Shown: positions 52,873 through 64,000 of the stretch, one piece after another
Numbering within the stretch: position 1 is the first letter of the stretch
Layout: every line of letters begins with the position of its first letter
Source of the DNA: Trichosphaerium sp. ATCC 40318
Taxonomy: Eukaryota > Protista > Tubulinea
Direction: 5' to 3'
DNA length: 64,000 nucleotides
NCBI GenBank assembly: GCA_038496445.1
Contig: JALMLS010000579.1
Location: 1-64,000 of the forward strand
Program-made: the position numbers and the translations under genes
The notes under the pieces: generated by a model
Told to the model about the DNA's origin: nothing
Database searches by the model: none
The model's input: the letters and a program-made list of their open reading frames with translations, nothing else

Positions 52873-55339
52873 ATGTGGAAGCTACTAGCAATCGGTAAGG
52901 CTTTTGGTAATTTTATTACATCTTAACACACTTGTTTTCTTTTAGTTTTATTAGCTACGGCTGTATTATCATATGACCGCAAGTTCTGGAAAGACATTTA
53001 CGACTTTGAAGCAGTATCTAATGGTAAGTTGTTTGGGCATTGAATCAAATCGATCAATTATTTCGGGTATTTTCAGGAAATCACGTTTTTTACTGCTAGC
53101 GCGCTAGTTACTCTTTTTCTGTTTACTTATTTATACGAACTAGTTGACTTTGGCCAACCAATAAAACGTGCTTCTGGTGATGAAGAAGAACGCGTTTTGA
53201 CAATCTCTAAAGGAGACGGAACCAAGCTGATCTTCTCTTGTATCAAACACTCTCCTTATTCTATCGGTGCTCAAGTACGCATTGTTTCTCCGTATTGTTA
53301 CGACCTTGTGTTTTTTTATTACTACTAACTGCTCGATCCACAATTAGATTGTCGTTGAGAATGGAAGTGGTAACAAGACATACTATCCTGCGCCAACAAA
53401 CGCATACAAAGCCATTGGCGATAACCATTATGACTTGAGGTTCATCGATCACGAAGATGGTTCGATATCTGGCTCATTTATTATCAACAATATTGAAATT
53501 GCAATCGAGCCTGTATCGCAGTACGTTGTTTTAATAGATTTGTTTTGATGTTTGTAAAGAAAGTAATCACGTGATTATTAATAGAACATCATGATTTTTC
53601 TTATTTTATTCTTAGCCACAAGAGATTCTTTTCTGATCATCATACATCAAAGCTCAGCGGTGCTAGTCACGTTCTATTCAGGTACCAAAGTACAATGTTG
53701 CTACAGCGATAGTGACGTTTCTTTAGAGAAAATCGTACAATAAGCAACCCATGGAAGTGTGGCATTTGTGGGGATGATCATGCAAATATAACAGCCAAAA
53801 GAAGCATTCGTAGAGCTCGTAGACATAACAAACGGTATTGTAGTGCAAAATTTTTTGTCTGTATTGCTAACTTGTTCTCAAGATCACTTTTACAATTCGC
53901 TTCAGGTAATACACTACCATTCAATCCACCTCCAAATCCATGCCCGCGAAACAGACGAGAATTGCACTTTGTACACAAACTGTTTAAACATTAACTTGCT
54001 TACAAACAACAGGTTTTTGTACTCAACACAGGATTCTATGGTAGAATAGGTAGCAATGTCAATACTGCCACTAATTATGTCACAACATGTATGTCAGCTA
54101 GCTCAATATTTTATCAAGTACTCACCTGTTGTAAGCTGTAAATGTTGTCAACAGATTCTTTCCAACCGACTTTGTATGTACCCTTGATATGTAATCAATT
54201 ATCTGCTTACAATATTTGTAGAATATACGGATTGCTATTGACGAAATCATCATCAGACAAACCAAAGGTACCACAAAGAATTGTACCATTCTTCTACCAC
54301 TAAATACCTTCTATAGTCGCTGGAGACGCATGGGATGTCACAAGAAACAACTGCAATGGAGCAAATCTACTAACTTCTTTTGGCATTTGGAAGCAGAACA
54401 ACCGCCCAGCTGAGAGCGTTGCATATCTCCACCACGACTGCCTCCGTCAAACAAATGGAGTCATAACACTTGGATCAGCGTATGTAGGAGCAATGTGCAA
54501 CAGTAGGGTATTGTTCTTCAATTACAATATTCTTCTTACCAACCCTTGATTAGTTCAGCGCTGGAGAATCTATGTGGCTTGCCAACCAATTTCAACGAAA
54601 CAGAGTTCTTGGTCATGAAATTGGTCATATTGTTGGCTGTACGCATAATTCTGTAGGAATCATGCTTGCTGGAGACCCTGGCGTAGAGTAAGTAATTAGT
54701 TTAGTTTTGTTGTTGATAGAAACTTATTCTTTCAAAGTGATTCAAGGTATGAGCGTTTTTCACGTGCAAGTCAAGCTGAAGGTTGCGGTGTAATTGGAAG
54801 TCAAGGATCGTGTTTAACTGGTGTCACCAATCCAAAGACAAACATCTTTACTCTCAGAAAGTCAAACAGAATGAGCCATGCACTTGACGGTGGAAATGGA
54901 GGAGCAAACAATAGAAATATGAAGTTGTATTCTTACAGTGCTTCGAATGTGAACCAACATTGGATTCAAATAAGTAGACCAGGAGGATTCTTTTCATTCC
55001 AAAAGAGGAACACCAACTTTTGCCTTGATGGAGGAAATGGAGGTGCACGTAGCCAAAATGTAAAGTTGTATGCGTGTGGTGCAAACAACCAAAATCAACA
55101 CTGGAAGAAAATCAATAGAGGTGGTAATAAGTTCCGTCTAGAAAAGAGGAACGCTCCAGGCTTCTCTATTGATGGTGACAATGGAGGCACCAATAATCAG
55201 TATGTGCTAGTTTAATTTTGTTTTGGTTTTTTCCACTTTTTTATCACGTGTTGACTTTGCCACCTCTAGACTTGTACTTCTATGGAACTCTGCGAATTCA
55301 AACGGTAACCAACAGTGGGAATTCACAAATGTAGTGTGA
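52873..55339 (+). CDS. Secreted reprolysin-like (metzincin) metalloprotease with C-terminal ricin-B lectin domain, multi-exon
   Basis: Signal peptide MWKLLAIVLLATAVLS, cysteine-switch-like KCGICG, basic site KRSIRRAR, zinc motif HEIGHIVGCTH (54614-54646) with Met-turn GIM, and three QxW lectin subdomains (NQHW, NQHW, NQQW). Confidence 0.9.
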
Positions 55340-55600
55340 ATTCGTAAAGTTGTAAAATAAACGCTATCTATTAAGGTTCAACATTGAATTCTTGCTCCGC
55401 TTGTTTCAAAAGGAACTGCACAAAGAAGCACTGAACAGTACATTGTATTATCTTACAATAATTTTTAAGTACATTTGCGCAAAAACTAATAAACTAAAAT
55501 GTAGAATAACAATATGGCTTTTTGCACTTGGTTAGAGCGCGTGAACACTAAAATGTGTCAGAATTAAATTTTGGTACCATCAGATCTACAGCAAAATCGG

Positions 55601-58137
55601 TCACTTACGATTTACAGTGCATTTGTAGTTACAATAGCCAGTGTGTCCCAGTGTTGAGTGCAAACGTATAAACGTTCCATATTCAAACTTGCACAAGACA
55701 TCAAAAATTACATTCCTTGAAGTTAATTCTTCTATTAAAATCAAAAACGTCATTTTTTTACCATTTCTTAAATGGGCGAGGTTAGCACTAAGAAGCGACA
55801 ACAACACTACAACGCACTGATTCTTTTTGAATTCTCCTATAGAAGGTTAGTACTATACAGACATAAATAAACGTACAGTATAAACCCTTCTAGGTAAACT
55901 TCACCATCTACACAAAAGTTCCTTTCAGTAGTTTCAATGCCAAGCGAACATGACTTTGCATACAATTGGGACTCAGAACGTAAAGTGTCAATTGATACAA
56001 TATGACCCCATCGTTCGTGCCAATACAAGTCTTCAGGTTTGAAGCATCGTAATAGGTACTGCGCAAAGAATAGGGGAAGTTGTGAAGCGTATTTACGTGC
56101 CAGATCAGGCAATGATGAAGCATCTATAATAGACTTAGCTACGAGTTGGAAACACACATTATACTCACGAGCAATGAGCCATAAGTCACAAGATATCAGA
56201 CCTATCTTTTTCTGGTTTCTTTCTATAATTGTAAATACATTGCGAGGAACTGGCATTGGTCCGTCAGTCACTGATATTAATTTTGTAACTGAGCCTATCT
56301 GTTTTACGATGCAATCTACAATCGATTTCCGATCAACAACCGATGGTAGTAGATAACTACATAATGCTACTGAGTCAGCAGTACCAACCTTACAACCAAG
56401 AAAGACTCGTTCTTGATCATCTTCTTTGATAAACTATTTTTAGTGAGTACACGTGCTTCTTATTTAAAATCGCTCGTACGTGACCTAGGCGAACGAGTAC
56501 ACCTCTGATCATCTCCACAGAAGTAAGTTTTATTATTTCTGTTAGGGAAGAGGTTGATAGATACTCAAGAACTAACTGAAGGGAATCTACTGTTTCACCT
56601 TCTAGTAGAACAAGTTGGTAAGTGTTATCATCATTCTTGAATCTTGTGAACTGGTTTTTTAAATATCTAAAAATATCAGTGTGGTTTGTTTAAGCTTTTG
56701 GTTCCATGAACTTTGTGGTTGATGACAGCATCGAAGAACGCTCCTAGTGATTGCTGTCCAAAATGACTTACTCGCAGTTTGTTCCTAATATGTATCTTGA
56801 TCCTTTTACTTTAAGAACAGGATCTGAATTGAAAAAGATGACGAAAGTAACATCACATAAGGCAGGATCTCCACCTTTCAAAAATTTCTCCTCAACATCA
56901 ACATCACCTGACCTAAACGAATGATTAGAGCCCTATAGTGGTGACGCAGATATACAACATACATAAGCAGGTCCATTTGTTGGTCAATAGTTGGTTTGAA
57001 TATAACAATGTCATTTCTGGGATTACCTTGTTTGTGCCCTTGCATTACTACCCATACGAACTCTAGATTGCCTTTGCACACGTGATTTGATTTGCTGCTT
57101 TCAGCAACACAGCGAGCCAACCCAAACATGTTGAGAATTACATTACAAGTCAGTGTGCTGCAACGCTTTAGTGCGTTTAATGAGATGCTGTAACCCAAAT
57201 TATTAACATATGACACAAGCGCTAGCAAGTGAAACCCTTTTATACTAGGCGTCTGTTTCTTCTACAACATAGTCAAGGTACTGAGCCCTTTGATAAAAAG
57301 ACGTACTAGTGATTTTCCAAGAGAGTTATATTCCTTGATGTTGATATTCATGTCTTTGATTAGATTCACTCTGGTTACTTCAGTTTCGAGGTATTTGACA
57401 GGTTCAAAGGTAACTTCTGATACTGGGAAAGATCTTGGAGATTCTTGTACAAGTTGGCTGTATGCTGCGACAACAGATGAATCTTGAATGACTAAACTCT
57501 CTTTATCATTTGGCTGTTGATGTTCCAAAGCACGGAATAGTATCCTACAAACTTAATTGAGATACACATGTCTTAATCGTGATAGGAAATGTTCGTACTT
57601 GGATAATACAGTTACAACTATATCACGTGCATATTCGAAGAACCCAGGAAGTGTACTAATAATATGTTCTTGAGTTGCAAGTTGCTGAAGTCCCAAGTTT
57701 ATCCAACGTTCAGGAGTAGTTGAGCAGCTAGAGAATATATCTTGACAACATAAAGTACTCACAAGTGATTTTGTGGTTTCGCTCCTAAGGTTTATATATC
57801 TCTTAGAGTGAGCGAATAGAGCCAAGTCGTTCTTGTTGTTGACGGCCTTTGGTACAAATGGCAGAGCAACCTTTTTTTCTCTTGAAAGGCGCTTTAGATC
57901 TTCTATTTGGTTTTTCAAGTACTCTCGCCACCCGAAATTGTCGTCTACACGTTGTTTACACAACGTTGATAACGAAGAGAAGTAAATAAGGCTTTTTGGA
58001 GGTAAGCGGGATAGGATCGCATTAAAACAACGTGTTGGAGCGTTTCGAATAAATTTGTGTACATAGAAACCCTGTGTGCGTCTAATGGCATGTTATATAA
58101 GTATACCATATAACTACTTACTTTTATGCTTTTCCAT
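55601..58137 (-). CDS. F-box protein with unknown C-terminal region, multi-exon, apparent homopolymer frameshifts
   Basis: ATG 58137 and a GTAAGT intron. Adding one base to a T run and one to an A run gives LFETLQHVVFNAILSRLPPKSLIYFSSLSTLCKQRVDD. Downstream exons at 57553, 57262, 56878, 55837 and 55601. Confidence 0.6.
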
Positions 58138-58417
58138 ACTCAATTAAATGATGCAACGGTATGAACTCTCTTAGAGAAACAACAGTCAACATTTGTCGCT
58201 GACTTTAAGTGAGGACTTGCTATGCTTGTGGTCATTAAGGCTACTCATTCGCCGGTAAGGATGGAATTATCTGCAATTTATACATCCGTCACATTGCAGC
58301 GTCAACTTGAATAATTCCAAGGCATATATAAATTACAAGGTTCAGTTATCTATTAGCAGTTCACGACATCCGCCAATGTTCAAACTACTCTTCATTTTTC
58401 GTTTCTTGTGAAACTTC

Positions 58418-59401
58418 TTACAATTCATTTGATGCACCTTCAGCAAAATGAACATTCTGTTTGACTTGTCCATTTTCATACCACTCTTTGCAGTGGCCCT
58501 TTCTTGTACCGTTAACATACATAGCTTGTATCTGTGGTTGTCCATTCCAATACCACTTTTTGAACTCACCATTTTCTGTACCATTAACATACATAGCTTG
58601 TAACTTTAGTTGCCCATTATCATACCACTGTTTGAAATCACCATTTTCTATGCCATTAACAAACAAACCTAAAGTTTTGGATTGTCCATTCTCATGCCAC
58701 TCTTTGTACTTACCATGCAACTTACCGTCAACATACATACTTTGCAACTCTAGCTGTCCATTTTCGTACCATTGCTTAGTCTCTCCATTCCGTTCACCTT
58801 CAATGTACATTCTTTTAACATGAGGTTGACCATTCTCGTGCCACTGTCTGAACTCATTGTTTTCTTTGCCTTCAACATACATAACTTGTATTGCTAGTTG
58901 TCCATTCTCATGCCACTGTTTGAACTCACCATTTTTTATGCCATTAAAAAACATAGCTTGTAGCATTAATTGACCATTCGCATACCATGCCTTGCACTCT
59001 CCGTTTTCTTTGCCGTCAATAAATATAGCTTGCAATGCTAGTTGTCCATTCTCATGCCACTCTTTAGCTTCACCATGTTGTTTATCATCAATATACACAG
59101 TTTTGAGCCTGAGTTGCCTGTTTTGATGCCACGCTTTCTTGTTTCCATTCGCCTTACCGTCACGCATCATAACCTGGAGTTTTACAGAGCCATTATCGTA
59201 CCATCTCTTCCAGATTCCTTTTTTTTCAAGTTTGGTATTGAAATGTGTGTTGACAGCAGCAGTTTTAGAGAGTGAATGGAAATTGGTAAACGTTTCTTGG
59301 TTGAATGTACACAAATAGCGTTGTATATCATTTGGTATATGTAGTAGAGTATAAGACGTAACATTAGGGCAATTTTGACCGAGATTTGGTCTTTTTTCCA
59401 T
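58418..59401 (-). CDS. F-box-like N-terminus plus MORN-variant repeat protein, intronless
   Basis: LLHIPNDIQRYLCTFNQETFTNFHSLSK, then about 11 WxENGQLxxQxMYxxGxENGExK repeats. Paralogous to 3703-4585. Confidence 0.9.
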   Translation of the reverse strand: MEKRPNLGQNCPNVTSYTLLHIPNDIQRYLCTFNQETFTNFHSLSKTAAVNTHFNTKLEKKGIWKRWYDNGSVKLQVMMRDGKANGNKKAWHQNRQLRLKTVYIDDKQHGEAKEWHENGQLALQAIFIDGKENGECKAWYANGQLMLQAMFFNGIKNGEFKQWHENGQLAIQVMYVEGKENNEFRQWHENGQPHVKRMYIEGERNGETKQWYENGQLELQSMYVDGKLHGKYKEWHENGQSKTLGLFVNGIENGDFKQWYDNGQLKLQAMYVNGTENGEFKKWYWNGQPQIQAMYVNGTRKGHCKEWYENGQVKQNVHFAEGASNEL

Positions 59402-59785
59402 TTTGTGGATATAGAGCTTACTAAAGAAATGATCTGTTGCTTATCGCTACTGTCAGTGAGTTCTTTATCAAACTGTAAACTAGTTTGCCTTTCAAGTAAA
59501 GTCAAAAGGGGTGAAATAACACTATGTTATTGTAACGTTAAGCATACTCTTAAAGGCCACTCTCGATTTGTAGCACGCACGTGACTTTCTACTCTTGTGC
59601 CTACGTAAAGTACTTCCTAACGATACACTACTAATATAGCTTGCAGAGTTGCATGAGGGCTACCTATGTTCATATGAAACCGTCTCGAAAAATCAGTTAT
59701 CTAACACAAACTAACTGTTTCACGTCAAATACTTTCTTCGAATACCACGAAACGTGCAACACTAACACCTCTTGTTGCAACAATA

Positions 59786-60725
59786 ATGGCCCGTACTAAG
59801 CAAATAGCTCGTAGATCAACTGATTCAGCCTCAGGTAATGAAAAACCAAAGCGGCTCTTTGAGAAAAAGCGAACCTTTGCTTGTGTCGATGCTAGCGCTA
59901 TTTCTATGTGTCCAACCGAAATATGGATAGAAATAATGTCAAACCTGCTTTGTAAAAGCCTCAGGACCTTATGTTTCGTTAATAAGACGGTTTACGCTAT
60001 TGTATACGCAAACAAGGCATTGTCAAAGAAAATCAAACAAGGTACACCAAAAGGAAAACCCATTCTTGGAACTTAAGTTAACATAACAACAGGAATTTTG
60101 AACTGGGAACACGTTGTGCTCGATGTAGTCAATTACAATGGTCCACCTAATCCAGGCATACCTTTTATTGAACCATTGTCAATATCTGGAAGACTGATTA
60201 AGGACCACAACAAAGACTTGTCAACGCATAAGGCAAATTCGTGTCAGAAATACCTGAGAACGATAGAACATTCAAAAAAAGAATACAGTTGTAGATGTTC
60301 CACCAGACAAACATGACGGTATTATCCGTTGGGAACCTTTATGGCCTACAGGTGATAATGACATGTTTATGGGTTCTTTGCAGCAGTCCGTTTGGGAGTC
60401 AAACAGTGGTAACATCCTGTATCTTTCAATATCAAAATCAGGATGTGATGGTGCTATTGGATTGGATACAAAAGACGACTGTGTTGTAGTTGGAACAGGA
60501 AATAGTCACCCATACATACGTTCTTGTGACTTTAGTTACAGAAGTTCTAATGGTAGTGACCCTCATTTTTGGTCACGAGCAACTAGAAATTCTGACCCTG
60601 TGTTTAAAACAATTGCTATGTATCCTGTTCTAGATGCCATTGTTGTACTTGAAGAACTTAAGCTCAACTTCCAACGCTCATCAAAAAAATGGCTATCACT
60701 AGCTGATGTTGAATTAGGAAAATAA
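59786..60725 (+). CDS. F-box protein with histone H3-tail-like N-terminus
   Basis: MARTKQIARRST, then SMCPTEIWIEIMSNLLCKSLRTLCFVNKTVY (F-box). A GTACAC..CAG intron (~60042-60092) splices in frame. One frame change near 60234-60280 is either a GC-AG intron or an A-run error. Stop at 60725. Confidence 0.8.
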
Positions 60726-60960
60726 ATCTTATCTCTAGTTTAAGAAAGTTCATACTTGCTCGTTTTGTGGCTGTGTTACACCCCTAAACGTAACAAGCGT
60801 ATCCGTTGTACAAGAAATTTATACAAAAGGTTGTATCTTTGAAGATGTAGTTCTTGATGTAGTACCAGTACTAGGGTATGTGTTTTAAGTTATTATGTTT
60901 ATGTTACAATTTGTTTTTTGTTTTGTTTTTCTTTTTTTTTTTCTTCAACTACTCTAATAT

Positions 60961-63864
60961 TTACATGGCACCTCCTTTTAAAGCCTTTGCTTGTGATTCA
61001 TCATCAGAATGAGATGTCGGGTTAGGCTCGTTGATTTTTTTTTTTAGATTTTCATTCTCAGCAGCGAGTATATCTACAGTTGCTTGAAGTGTTCCAAGCT
61101 GACCTTTAGTGTTTTCTAGTTCTGAAGCTAATAAATCTTTTTCTGTTCTCAATTGTTGTACGAGTTGTTCTAACCGTAGGACAAGGTTCTTTTGCCGTTC
61201 ATCCTTAAAAAAAAATTCTCGTTAGTTCTTTTTGTGATTATGCATAATTTTATTGACTTTGTTATTTTTCTGGTTCAAGCAAAAATCGTACTGGACTCTT
61301 ATCCCAACCAACAGAGATACTCCGCTTATCATATTGGCCAGAGCTTCTCTTTCTTGGTACTCGCTCACTTACAGCACGACGTAATGGAGCACCACGAGGC
61401 TTTTCAGGTGTCTTTGGTGCAGTTTTGTTGTTTACGTGTGGTGGCAATTCTACAAAATTACAATTAACGCTAAAACCATCTAACATGATACATACCCGCT
61501 GTTATAGCTATATTGTGATGAGAACCGCCAGATATTTCCAAAGGCACTTTTTTTCGTAGTTGCACTACTTGTTCTGGCTCGTAAGCAGTACCAGACTAAG
61601 AAATTGATGAGTTTTGGGCTTTTAAAATGAATTTGTCGTTCAATCTAATGTTAAGCAACGTACTTGTAGATTAATATGATGTCCTGTACCGTATGTACGA
61701 TAATCATCGGTTACAAAGAAAGAATTATCAGTTGTGCAAAAAATTTTGATAAAAGTGCAACCCTTAACGCTTTCTGCTCTACAAAAAAAACTTAATTAAG
61801 TTATTCTCTGATTGGTGGAACATACCTTATGATTTGTGGTGTATTTACATGAAAAATATGCTCTTTAGAGTCCTTTGAGACTATTTTACGCCAAAATAGG
61901 CCAAGACCAAGAGTACCTACGATAGTTTGATAAGTAAACACTCACAAACCAACTAAAACGTTACCCATCACTGCGTTACCCCATGACAAAACGCGTCCAC
62001 TTTCTAATTAAGTAAGTTAGTACGAAATTACTGTACACTACTAGTAGGGTCTACAGATAACAACACGTACTTGTGAGGGCGAGAGAAAATTTAGATTTTG
62101 CACAAATCTGTGTTATCGCTGTTTTAAGTAATGCAATCTTTGTAGGAGTATAAGCATGCTTCCAGTGCCCAAGCCCTAGTTGTCCACAATCATTATTACC
62201 CCACGCGTAGACGCTGCCAGATTCTACAAAAAAAACATTAGTTTTCCTTCGCGTATACCAAGCCATTGAGCTTGAAAGTATGAAGCCTCGCGCTAAAAAA
62301 TTTGTGTACAAAAGTGATCACTTACTCGCTAATACCAAAGTGTGTCCACTGCCACAAACAATCTTATTAGCCTCAACGTCAGCGATTGGAATGAGTGTAG
62401 GCTTCAACATAAATGTTACAGCACTACCCAAACCAAGGAAACCACCAGTTGAGCTGCCCCACATGTATACTTTATTATCGTCTAATCTCTCAATGAGTAA
62501 CATCACCGCAGAGCCAGTATGGTGATTTTTCAAACAAGAAACCAAACAACGTACTTGAAATGGCACCAATACGTGTATCAGAAGATTCTTTATCAAAACC
62601 AAGTGAGATACTGACTAGTTTTGTGTTGTTTGAAGGCAGAGAAAATCTCAACGTCTCCAAAGAATACCCAGATGATTTTAAAGAAGAGAAAGAACGTTGA
62701 TTACCCCATAAATGTACTTCTCCATCTAATAACAAGTGAGCTGACTGATTTTAAACAATTTTGTTACACGTGTTTAGATATAAAACGCTGTGTCGTACCG
62801 GCTATCGCTATAGTATTTTGGTCACTTGCATCAATAGCAGTGTATTTAATTTTACAAAATTCTTCTGGAAATTTGCTAACAGTGTACACTTTCTTGTCAT
62901 GTGGACGGCCTAGTTTACCACTACGAGCATCTCCCCAACCATATATATCACCGCTAGCTATAACACCACGTGAGTACTATAAAAAGCGCCAAACAAGAGA
63001 CAATATGACACCATCACTAAAAAATGGCAAAAAAACACGACACCTCCTTGGGGAACAAAAAATACAAAAACAGAAAAAGTTAATGACAGTTCGTTCGTAC
63101 CTGTCAAAGCAACAGAATGTTCATTTGAACATCTTACAGATGTGAAACAAAGCGATAAATCAGTGTCTAGTTGGAAAAAAGATCCATTAATGTCCTTACA
63201 GTGTAGTTTATGCTTCTATCGATGAACAAGTAAGCAAGGCGTCACAAAATGATAAAAATAAAAAAACAAATCTCCAGTCGCGTCGTCTACGCCACTAAGA
63301 AGTTTCCTTCATTTTAAGGAATACAATTCATGTGTTTATGTACCTCTTGGCCAATACCCAACTGAGAATGAATATCCCATCCCCAGACATTTAGACTACT
63401 CCAAAGATCTCCTTTTTAGCATATTAGAATCACTTCTTTGGCATTTTTGATTTATGGTACCTCCAGAGCGATAACGCACGTCAAAGTCTGTAAAACACGA
63501 TACACATACCTATCAATGGTTTAGGGTAATTCGCAATTACTGTTTAGACCAAAATAGTGTATTTAGTCTGGAGGCATCACAATGCCGTGTAAATAGATGC
63601 TGGCGTACTCTGATCGGTGTATTGGTAATGTAGGACATAACAAGCTGGTAATTTGAGCAACGTTTACAGTATATATGGCCACAGTGCCTGCAATGGTGCT
63701 ATGACGTATCAGTACATTGTTGTACGCTCTCTATTTACCTTGCGTTTGAAAAGCCCAAATTCATCGTGACAGTGATAACAATTCTTCTGAGTACTATCTG
63801 GCATCCAATGGGAAGAATGGGTGGCAGGTGCACTATTTGCGATAGTTTTTGCAGGGCTTGTCAT
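60961..63864 (-). CDS. FYVE zinc finger, RCC1 repeats and C-terminal coiled coil; multi-exon
   Basis: WMPD..CYHC..FGLFKRK-HHCRHCG..CKRCS..R-VCVSC (FYVE). YGWGDARSGKLG, VYMWGSSTGGFLGLG and VYAWGNNDCGQLGLG (RCC1). Heptad tail. Confidence 0.88.
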
Positions 63865-64000
63865 TTTCGAGCATACGTTACTTTGTATAACGCTTGTAGG
63901 GTGCAACTGAGACTTGGATACGTTGTTTTAATTCTCACGTAGAAAACTCACTTTTTTTCGTGTGTCGTGACACTGTTTGCAACTATCACAAGAAAAAGTG

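Noticed and set aside
57960-58030. Calling the frameshifted F-box gene a pseudogene
   Set aside because: The shifts fall in homopolymer runs, as expected for long-read error, so this cannot be decided without raw reads.
59786-60076. Histone H3 or CENP-A gene
   Set aside because: Similarity ends after residue 12, and there is no histone fold (no YRPG/EIR/LPF motifs).

Overview
AT-rich (about 35% GC by eye), gene-dense eukaryotic nuclear DNA with many short (about 40-70 nt) spliceosomal introns, most likely from an amoeboid protist (inference). Housekeeping genes are an SH3-CRIB PAK kinase, mitochondrial uL11, NOM1/Sgd1, an ABCB10/MDL1-like transporter, a Zn2Cys6 factor and a FYVE-RCC1 protein. 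They are interleaved with about ten F-box(-like) genes carrying different C-terminal modules: four intron-poor 'GVHTI' LRR solenoids, MORN-variant repeats, NHL repeats and unknown domains. The standout is an F-box protein whose N-terminus copies the histone H3 tail (MARTKQIARRST, 59786). Also present are a Crinkler-type SAP/coiled-coil/restriction-endonuclease-fold/kinase gene, a reprolysin-ricin secreted protease, a YHYH-domain surface protein and a MITE-like element. The motif (T)CACGTG is strongly over-represented and intron donors are mostly GTAC. Bases 1-7018 form a fold-back inverted duplication that is probably an assembly artefact. Gene models were spliced by eye, so some boundaries are approximate.
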